Below are positions 1 through 7,100 of a DNA stretch of 32,000 bases, piece by piece. Both the position numbers and the translations under genes were made by a program. Within the stretch, counting starts at the first letter, position 1. Each line of letters starts with the position of its first letter. The DNA is from Acidothermus cellulolyticus 11B (GTDB taxonomy: Bacteria; Actinomycetota; Actinomycetes; Acidothermales; Acidothermaceae): the NCBI RefSeq assembly GCF_000015025.1, contig NC_008578.1, positions 1,680,001 to 1,712,000 of the forward strand. The letters are read 5' to 3'. Below the pieces are notes generated by a model. That model made no database searches. It had not been told where the DNA came from and was given only the letters and a program-made list of their open reading frames with translations.

Positions 1-879
1 CGTGTACCAGGCACCGGATTTCCGGATGATGCCGTGCTCCACCCCCATGTCAATGAGACTGCCCTCCCGGCTGATTCCGACGTTGTACAGGATGTCGAAT
101 TCAGCCTGCCGAAATGGGGAGGCGCACTTGTTCTTGACAACCTTCACCCGGGTCCGGTTGCCGATGGCTTCCTGCCCTTCCTTGATGGTGTCGATGCGGC
201 GGACATCAAGGCGGATCGAAGCGTAGAACTTCAGAGCCTTCCCACCGGTGGTCGTTTCCGGGCTTCCGAAGAAGACCCCGACCTTCTCTCGCAGCTGATT
301 GATGAAGATTGCGGTCGTGCCGGAGTGGCTGAGCGCACCGGTAATCTTGCGGAGCGCCTGACTCATCAGCCGGGCCTGCAGGCCGACATGGCTGTCGCCC
401 ATCTCCCCCTCAATTTCAGCCCGGGGCACCAGCGCAGCAACCGAGTCAATGACCACGACGTCGATGGCCCCTGACCGAATCAACGTATCGGCGATCTCCA
501 GGGCTTGTTCTCCCGTATCCGGCTGGGAGACGAGGAGATTATCGGTGTCCACTCCGAGCTTTTTCGCGTATTCGGGATCCAGGGCATGCTCGGCGTCGAT
601 GAATGCGGCGATGCCGCCGGCGCGCTGGGCATTCGCCACCGCGTGCAGTGCCAGGGTGGTCTTGCCCGATGACTCCGGTCCGTAGATCTCGACGATCCGC
701 CCACGCGGCAGACCGCCGATCCCTAACGCGACGTCCAGGGCGATCGATCCGGTAGGGATGACGTCGATCGGAGCCCGCGCCTCGTCACCGAGACGCATCA
801 ATGAACCCTTGCCGTGAGCCCGTTCGATCTGCGCGATCGCGTGCTCCAGTGCCTTCTCGCGGTCGAATGCTGCTGCCAT
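1..879 (-). CDS. recA: Recombinase RecA, first 293 codons (3' end of the gene lies left of the window)
   Basis: Reverse-complement translation from ATG at 879-877 gives [81 protein letters not shown]... (Walker [10 protein letters not shown]). The frame stays open to base 1 (...SGAWYT). It is absent from the supplied ORF track only because no stop codon lies in the window. Confidence 0.97.
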   Translation of the reverse strand, partial: MAAAFDREKALEHAIAQIERAHGKGSLMRLGDEARAPIDVIPTGSIALDVALGIGGLPRGRIVEIYGPESSGKTTLALHAVANAQRAGGIAAFIDAEHALDPEYAKKLGVDTDNLLVSQPDTGEQALEIADTLIRSGAIDVVVIDSVAALVPRAEIEGEMGDSHVGLQARLMSQALRKITGALSHSGTTAIFINQLREKVGVFFGSPETTTGGKALKFYASIRLDVRRIDTIKEGQEAIGNRTRVKVVKNKCASPFRQAEFDILYNVGISREGSLIDMGVEHGIIRKSGAWYT

Positions 880-1005
880 CGGTCTGCCCATCCTGTTCTT
901 TCACGGTGCGGAACTCGGTCGCGAACGACGCTAAACGCCCTCGCCGACGTTTCCCATTCACCGGCCGCGGCTGTGTATCGCCGTCCCACCGTGTGTGGAC
1001 ACTAA

Positions 1006-1021
1006 CCGAACAGATGTTCGA
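1006..1021 (-). promoter_or_regulatory. LexA (SOS) box upstream of recA
   Basis: cCGAACagatGTTCGA matches the actinobacterial/Gram-positive LexA operator TCGAAC-N4-GTTCGA at 15 of 16 fixed positions. It lies about 127 nt upstream of the recA ATG, comparable to the mycobacterial recA SOS box GAAC-N4-GTTC. Confidence 0.8.
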
Positions 1022-1249
1022 TCCCGCGGCGACACGCCGAACGCGGACGAAGCGCCACGCGGATGCCACGGGACGGCGCACATGCCGCAACGTCGAGGAC
1101 GGCGGACGGCGGCAGCGGGAAGACCCCGGGAGCGCCGACCCGGCCTGGGCGGCGGCCTCGGGCACGGTGGACGACGCCGACAGGCGAAGCCGGAAACGCC
1201 TGGGTCCCGCTGCACGCGGCGAAATCCCGGATCCCGCGGCGGCGATCGA

Positions 1250-1444
1250 TCACTGCAGGTGCGTCGGCACGTCGACGGCCCGGCACACCGCGCGCCAGAT
1301 GTCGGCCGGTTCCACGCCGGCTTCTAATGCCTGGTGAACCGTCCGCTCCCCCAGCTCGGCAAGCACGAAGTCGTGAGCGAACGATGCCGCGTACACCTCA
1401 CCGAACGCACTGCGCATCCGGTCCCAGAAATCTGTGAGCCGCAC
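1250..1444 (-). CDS. DUF3046 family small protein (the conserved actinobacterial gene found upstream of recA)
   Basis: From GTG at 1444: VRLTDFWDRMRSAFGEVYAASFAHDFVLAELGERTVHQALEAGVEPADIWRAVCRAVDVPTHLQ, 64 aa, the typical DUF3046 length and sequence pattern. The upstream part of the 115-aa track ORF is Arg/Ser-rich and unlikely to be translated. There is no SD; a -10-like GATACT sits 7 nt before the GTG, so the transcript may be leaderless. Confidence 0.85.
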   Translation of the reverse strand: MRLTDFWDRMRSAFGEVYAASFAHDFVLAELGERTVHQALEAGVEPADIWRAVCRAVDVPTHLQ

Positions 1445-1495
1445 ACCCGTCAGTATCCAGAGGCCGGAGCCGGACCGGAAAGCCGAAAGCACGGA

Positions 1496-1575
1496 CCGGA
1501 GACGCGAGCGGCGCGGGCCGGACACGCGAGCGGGCCGGGAACGCCGACCCGGACTGCAGACGCGAGCGGCGCGCC
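1496..1575. repeat. Three direct copies of CCGGA-N(1-7)-ACGCGAGCGG(N)GC in a CCGGA-rich tract
   Basis: Copies are CCGGAGACGCGAGCGGCGCGGG (1496-1517), CCGGACACGCGAGCGGGCCGGG (1518-1539) and CCGGActgcagACGCGAGCGGCGCGCC (1549-1575). The core ACGCGAGCGG is identical in all three. Confidence 0.7.
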
Positions 1576-1825
1576 ATGCATCCCTGCACCGGCCCACGGC
1601 GTCCTTCCAGCAGACGCACGCGAGGTAAGCCGGGCACGTCCGGTCTCCCGGGGATCACCGATCCTTCCCCACACCGGGCCTCGGCAACCCGCCCGCACAC
1701 GTCGAGCCACCCTGGAGGCCACCATCGATCGGCTAACCGTTCCCGCTTGGGCGCGGGACGTCACACCGCTCCCCAGTGCCGTGAATCCGGAAGAGAAACG
1801 CCAACGACTGGGCGACCGCCGGCGG

Positions 1826-1943
1826 GAAATACGGCCATATGCGGGCCGCTCGGCCAGCGGCTCGGCGTCGATCCCGCGGAGGTGGCCGACGACATCGTGC
1901 GAAATACGGCCATATGCGGGCGGCTCGGCGGATGGCTCGGCGT
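1826..1943. repeat. Two 43-nt direct repeats (38/43 identical, first 21 nt identical) separated by 32 nt
   Basis: The first copy is GAAATACGGCCATATGCGGGCcGCTCGGCcagcGGCTCGGCGT at 1826-1868. The second is GAAATACGGCCATATGCGGGCgGCTCGGCggatGGCTCGGCGT at 1901-1943. Both are non-coding and lie upstream of the sigma gene. Confidence 0.75.
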
Positions 1944-2082
1944 ACCCGAATTACGTCGGTCCACCAGTGCCGGACCGGGAAACCGCTTATTATGGGGCGA
2001 ACCTGCAGAAATTGATCGGTACTGCGGTCGACCCGTGTGGGGTTCTCGCCTTTCCACAGGCAATTCCCTGGGAGCCGGTCCG

Positions 2083-2712
2083 ATGAGTGTCCTCGTCGAT
2101 GCAACCGGTCCGCTCCGCGGAGCGTCCGCAGCTGCGGACGAGATGCCCGGGGTGAGCGTGGACGACGAACGCCGACGCGTCTTCGACGAATTCGCGCGCG
2201 CGCGGATGCCCGAGCTCCTGCGTTTCGGCTACGCGCTGACCGGAAATCCGCACGCGGCCGCGGATTTGGTGCAGGACGCGCTGGAGCGGACGATGCTCGC
2301 GTGGCACCGGGTGGAGAAGCAGGGCGACCCGGAGGGATACGTCCGACGGATCATGGTGAACCGCAACATCAGCATTTGGCGGCGCCTGCGGCGGGAGCGC
2401 CTGGTGGTCGACATCCCCGAGGAGAGCGGGCCCAGCGACGGCCTGACCCCGCGTGATCTGGCGCTCTGGGAGCGGGTACGCGCCCTCCCACCGCGGCAGC
2501 GGACTGTCATCGTCCTGCGGTACTACGAAGATCTCTCCGAGGCGCAGATTGCGGAGATCATGGGCTCGTCGGTCGGCACGGTGAAGAGTCAGGCCTCGCG
2601 AGCTCTGGCCGCGCTTCGACGTGACGCGGCGCAGTTCGCCGACGTTCCCGGCGCAGGGGGGCGCACCGATGACCCGCGCATCACCCGTTCGAGGAAGGGA
2701 ATGGAGCCGTGA
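2083..2712 (+). CDS. ECF-type sigma-70 family RNA polymerase sigma factor
   Basis: The protein starts MSVLVDATGP... Region 2 is ...LLRFGYALTGNPHAAADLVQDALERTMLAWHRV...YVRRIMVNRNISIWRR. Region 4 HTH is RQRTVIVLRYYEDLSEAQIAEIMGSSVGTVKSQASRALAALR. GGGAG lies 8 nt upstream of ATG 2083. The longer track ORF (from 1576) is Arg/Pro-rich and rejected; an internal ATG near 2143 is an alternative start. Confidence 0.9.
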   Translation: MSVLVDATGPLRGASAAADEMPGVSVDDERRRVFDEFARARMPELLRFGYALTGNPHAAADLVQDALERTMLAWHRVEKQGDPEGYVRRIMVNRNISIWRRLRRERLVVDIPEESGPSDGLTPRDLALWERVRALPPRQRTVIVLRYYEDLSEAQIAEIMGSSVGTVKSQASRALAALRRDAAQFADVPGAGGRTDDPRITRSRKGMEP

Positions 2713-4055
2713 CCGACGACGAACTCGACGAGCGATTGCGCGCCCTGTTCCGGGCCGGCCATCCGCCGCTCGTCCCTCGGCCGGACATGCTCGAGGTCAT
2801 CCACCGCGGGGCCCGACGGCGTCAGGCACGCCGCGCCGGCACCCTGGCCGCCGCAGGCGTCGTCGCCGTGGCACTGGCGACCACCGCCGTCGTCCGCCCC
2901 TTCGCACCGGCGCGCCAAACCGCCGGCACTCACGCACAAACCGCCGCAGCGGTGCAACCGTCGAGGCTCGTCGCGTCACCGACCCTCCAGGCCACGGAAA
3001 CCAGCGCACCCGCGGTCGCCGCAACATCTGCCGAGGCCGGCACCGTTCCGGCCGGCGGCACGCCGCCGGCTGGTTTCGTGCCGCTCTCGGTGACCGGGAC
3101 GACGAGCAACGGGCAGACGTTCTGGGTCCTCGGAGATGCCCCGTGCGCGACGGGAACCTGCACCGCCGTCGCGAAAACCACCGACGGCGGACAATCCTTC
3201 ACGGAAATGGCTGCTCCCGCGAGTGCCGTGGTGCCCGACCATCTTCTCGGGATGGACGGTGTCAGTCCACAAACCATCGCCAATATGCGGTTCGTCGACG
3301 CGAAGAACGGCTGGGCTTTCGGCGGTGCGCTCTGGCAGACCACGGACGGCGCGCAATCGTGGCAGCAGATCACGAGCATCACCGGCACGGTCCAGCAGCT
3401 GGAGGTGGCCAGCGGACACGCCTGGGCGATCGTGGCTACCGGCGGAGGGTCGCCTCCCGGCGCCACCGGTACGGCGCGGTTGTTCACCGCGACGTACCCG
3501 GCCGGAACCTGGGGGCCGGTCGATGCCGCCGGTGTCTTCGGCCCAGCGGAGCCGGCGCTCGTCGTCCACGACACCACCGTGATTGTCGCGGGCGAGGATC
3601 CGACAACCGGGACACCACGCGCCGTCCGGAGCACGGATGCAGCCACCTTCGCAGAACTGCCGGCGCCGCCGTGTGTTCCGGCTCCGACCGGCGGATTGTC
3701 CATCACCGCCAGCGCCCTCTGGCTGCTCTGCGCGGACCATGCGCGCGCGTACGTCTCCACCGACGCTGGGACGTCCTGGCGGCAGGTCGGGTCGACGCTG
3801 CCGGCGGACGCCGCCGTGGTGGCCGCCATCGATCCGACGACGGCGGTGATTGCGCACGGCGGCCGGCTCATCCGGATCGGCACCGACGGAACCATGCAGA
3901 CTGCCGCGACACCCAGTGGTGCAAGCGGATTCGCCTTTGTCGGTTTCGTCAATGACACGGTCGGGTTCGCGATCGCGGAGGTCGCAAACAGCCGTCAGCT
4001 CTGGCGAAGCACGGACGCCGGCGCGCACTGGTCGCTCGTGCGGATCGGGGGTTAA
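2709..4055 (+). CDS. Single-pass membrane protein with extracytoplasmic Asp-box (BNR/Ycf48-like) propeller domain; putative anti-sigma partner
   Basis: The GTG start overlaps the sigma stop (GTGA, 2709-2712). A short N-terminal segment is followed by one hydrophobic helix (AGTLAAAGVVAVALATTAVV), then an Ala/Thr/Pro linker. After that come repeated S/T-x-D-G-x-x-W/F motifs (TTDGGQSF, TTDGAQSW, STDAATF, STDAGTSW, STDAGAHW). No HxxxCxxC zinc anti-sigma motif is present. Confidence 0.75.
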   Translation: MTDDELDERLRALFRAGHPPLVPRPDMLEVIHRGARRRQARRAGTLAAAGVVAVALATTAVVRPFAPARQTAGTHAQTAAAVQPSRLVASPTLQATETSAPAVAATSAEAGTVPAGGTPPAGFVPLSVTGTTSNGQTFWVLGDAPCATGTCTAVAKTTDGGQSFTEMAAPASAVVPDHLLGMDGVSPQTIANMRFVDAKNGWAFGGALWQTTDGAQSWQQITSITGTVQQLEVASGHAWAIVATGGGSPPGATGTARLFTATYPAGTWGPVDAAGVFGPAEPALVVHDTTVIVAGEDPTTGTPRAVRSTDAATFAELPAPPCVPAPTGGLSITASALWLLCADHARAYVSTDAGTSWRQVGSTLPADAAVVAAIDPTTAVIAHGGRLIRIGTDGTMQTAATPSGASGFAFVGFVNDTVGFAIAEVANSRQLWRSTDAGAHWSLVRIGG

Positions 4056-4073
4056 ACCGCGACGGCGGCAGCC

Positions 4074-4123
4074 GACGCGAATCCGGCGCGAATCCGGGGC
4101 GGGTGACGCGAATCCGGGGCGGC
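4074..4123. repeat. Three tandem copies of GCGAATCCGG(GGCGG) between the anti-sigma-like gene and lhr
   Basis: Copies are GACGCGAATCCGG (4074-4086), GCGAATCCGGGGCGGG (4088-4103) and GACGCGAATCCGGGGCGGC (4105-4123). Confidence 0.65.
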
Positions 4124-4179
4124 CGCCAGGGTGATGCTCGTTCGACCGGCACGGACCGGCGCCTCGGCAGAATCGAGAG

Positions 4180-7100
4180 GTGACCGGTGAACCACTCGAG
4201 GTGTTCACTCCCCTGCTCCGCCGCTGGTTTACCACAACCTTCGGCGCTCCGACGGCGGCCCAGGCCGAGGCATGGCGGGTCATCGCAGGCGGCGATCACG
4301 CGCTGCTCATTGCACCCACCGGGTCGGGAAAAACCCTCGCCGCGTTTCTCTGGTCGATTCACCGCTTGTTGACGGAACCGCGGGCCGAACCGCCCGCGGC
4401 GCGCGTCCTGTACGTCTCCCCGCTGCGCGCTCTCGCTGCCGACATTGAACGCAATCTCCGCGCCCCGCTCACCGCCATACGCCGACTCGCCACCGAAACC
4501 GGCGTTCAGCTACCCGATATTCGGATCGGGGTGCGCACCGGCGATACTCCGTCCGCGCAACGGCGCGCATTGGTGAAGAATCCGCCGGACATTCTCATCA
4601 CGACGCCGGAATCGTTGTTTTTGCTGCTGACATCCCAGGCGCGTGACATGCTGCGCGGTGTTGACACCGTCATCATCGACGAAATTCACGCCCTGGCGGG
4701 AAATAAGCGGGGTGCGCACCTCGCGCTGAGCATGGAGCGCCTGGAGGCGCTCCTCCGCCGCCCGGCACAGCGCATCGGCCTGTCGGCGACCGTCCGTCCG
4801 CCGGCTGAGGCGGCGCGGTTCCTCGGCGGCGGGCGTCCGGTGCGGGTCATCCACCCATCGGCGCGGAAAGAGTTAGACATTCGCGTTTCCGTGCCGGTCG
4901 CCGACATGACATCGCCGCCGGACCCGCCGCCCGGCGCCGCCGACGAACCGGACGCCGACACGCCCGCCCGTTCGTCCATCTGGCCGCACATCGTGACCCG
5001 ACTCGTCGACCTCATCACCGCTCATCGGTCGACAATCGTCTTCACGAATTCGCGTCGTCTCGCCGAACGGCTGACCGCCCAGCTGAATGACGAGGCGGCA
5101 CGGCGCGGAATTCCAGGCGAACTCGCGCGGGCGCACCACGGCTCGGTGAGCCGTGAGCAGCGTCACGTCACCGAAGAATTGCTGAAATCCGGGCGGATTC
5201 CGGCGGTCGTGGCCACCAGCAGCCTGGAATTGGGCATCGACATGGGAGCGGTGGACCTCGTCGTCCACGCCGAGCCGCCGCCGAGCGTGGCGGCCGCCAT
5301 GCAGCGGTTCGGCCGCGCCGGACATCAACGGGACGCCGTGTCACGCGGCATTATTTTTCCCAAGCACCGGAGTCAACTCATTCCGGCCGCGGTCGTCGTG
5401 GAGCGGATGCGGGACGGGCGGATTGAAGCCGTCCGTGTTCCGGAGAATCCGCTGGACGTCCTGGCCCAGCAGCTGGTGGCGATGGCCGCAACCGACGATT
5501 GGTCGGACGACGACATGTTCACGCTGGTACGGCGCGCCGCCCCGTTCCATACCCTGCGCCCGAATGTGTTCGACGCCGTTCTCGCGATGCTTGCCGGCCG
5601 GTACGCCTCAGACGATTTCGCCCAGTTCAAGGCGCGCATCGACTGGGATCGCAGCAGCGGCCGGGTCACCGCACGTCCCGGTGCGCGCCTCCTCGCGGTC
5701 ACGAACGCGGGGACGATCCCGGACCGCGGCCAGTACACCGTCGTGTTGGCGGGCGCAGACAAACCCACGAGGGTCGGCGAGCTCGATGAGGAAATGGTGT
5801 ACGAATCCCGACCCGGCACGGTTTTCACCCTGGGATCCGCGCAATGGCGCATCGTCGATATCACCGCGGACCGGGTCGTCGTCGTCCCGGCCCCCGGAGC
5901 AGCGGCAATTCCACCCTTCTGGCACGGCGACGCACCGGCCCGGCCGTTCGACCTTGGCCGCGCCATCGGCGAAACGCTCCGCGTGCTCTCGTCAACCGAC
6001 CAGGTCACCGCGACCGCCGCGTTGCGGGACGCCGGTTTCGACGAGCTCGCCGTCAACAATGCCCTGCGTTACCTCGCCGACCAACGCGCCGCCACCGGTG
6101 TCGTGCCCGACGACCAGACCATCGTCGTCGAATGGTTCCGGGACGAAGTCGGTGACTGGCGGCTCGTCGTGCATTCCCCGTTCGGCGGTCAGGTGCACGC
6201 CCCGTGGGCGCTGGCCATCGCCGCGCGCATCCGGCAGCGGTACGGCATTGAGACCGCCGTCATGCACGCCGACGACGGAATCGTCGCCCGCCTGCCCGCT
6301 GCCGATCGGCCGCCGGACCTTGACCTCGTCACGATCGACCCGGATGAGGCCGCCGATGCCATCCGCGGGGAGCTGACGAATTCCGCCTTGTTCGCGGCGA
6401 AATTCCGGGAGTGCGCGGCACGGGCCCTGCTGCTTCCCCGGCGGTTCCCCCAGCGCCGTACCCCGCTCTGGCAGCAACGGCAGCGAGCCGCTCAATTGCT
6501 CAGCGCCGCCGTGGATCTGCCCGATTTCCCCATCGTTCTGGAAGCGGTGCGCGAATGCTGGCACGAGGTCTTCGACGTGCCCGGATTGCAACGCATCCTC
6601 CGCGACATTGCCGCCCACCGGATCGCCGTTGTGGGAGTGGAAACCCCGGTTCCGTCACCGTTCGCCAGGAGTCTGCTCTTCGGCTATCTGGCGGCCTACC
6701 TGTACGAGAACGACGTCCCGCCGGCGGAACGCAAGGTGCACGCGCTCGCGCTGGACTCCGCGCTGCTCACGCAATTGCTGGGCGAACACGATTTCGCCGA
6801 GATTTTAGACCCGGGCATCGTCGCCGCCGTCGAGCAGGAACTCGCCTCGCTGCCGCAATCACCGACGCCCACGCTGGACGACGCCGTGCGCGCGTTCGCA
6901 GCCCGCCGCGGGCCGTTCAGCCGCCGGGACCTCGCCGCGGCACTAGCAGCCGATGACCGGCAGCTCGATGCGGTCCTGGACCATTTCGTGACGACGGGAG
7001 TCCTCGTACGCAGCGGAGCCGGCGAGTACTGCGACGCCGATATTCTTCGCACGCTGCGGCGTCGAAGCCTTGCGAAACTGCGCGCAGAAATCGAGCCCGT

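Noticed and set aside
994-1001. TGTCCACA (minus strand) next to the LexA box resembles an actinobacterial DnaA box (TTGTCCACA).
   Set aside because: It is a single 8-mer occurrence, about what is expected by chance in 64 kb of two-strand sequence. There is no cluster of boxes and no AT-rich unwinding region, so this is not an origin.
880-1250. A search for a second, LexA-independent recA promoter motif (PafBC / RecA-NDp type, TGTC(A/G)GTG-N8-TAnnnT).
   Set aside because: TGTC-containing sites exist on the minus strand (TGTCGCCG near 1029-1036, TGTCGGCG near 1187-1194, TGTCCACA at 994-1001). None has the required TAnnnT at the right spacing. I cannot support a call without a weight-matrix scan.
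1826-1943. The geometry of 43-nt repeat, 32-nt spacer, 43-nt repeat resembles a minimal CRISPR array.
   Set aside because: There are only two good copies with five mismatches, no further regular units, and no cas genes or leader in the window. The element lies in a promoter region. A regulatory or duplicated element is far more likely.
1334-2086. ORFs filling the DUF3046 / sigma intergenic region: 1334-2086, 1576-2082 as an N-terminal extension of the sigma factor, and minus-strand ORFs 1450-1764, 1733-2104 and 1761-2063.
   Set aside because: The translations are Arg/Pro/Ser-rich and not protein-like. Third-position GC is high only locally over the repeat units and falls toward 2082. No SD or start context is present, and the sigma factor has a normal-length N-terminus from ATG 2083.
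4140-4145. A GTTCGA half-site upstream of lhr, which could be part of a LexA box.
   Set aside because: The partner half four nucleotides upstream reads gtgatg/ctcg rather than TCGAAC, matching at most 2 of 4 core bases. This is not a credible SOS box.
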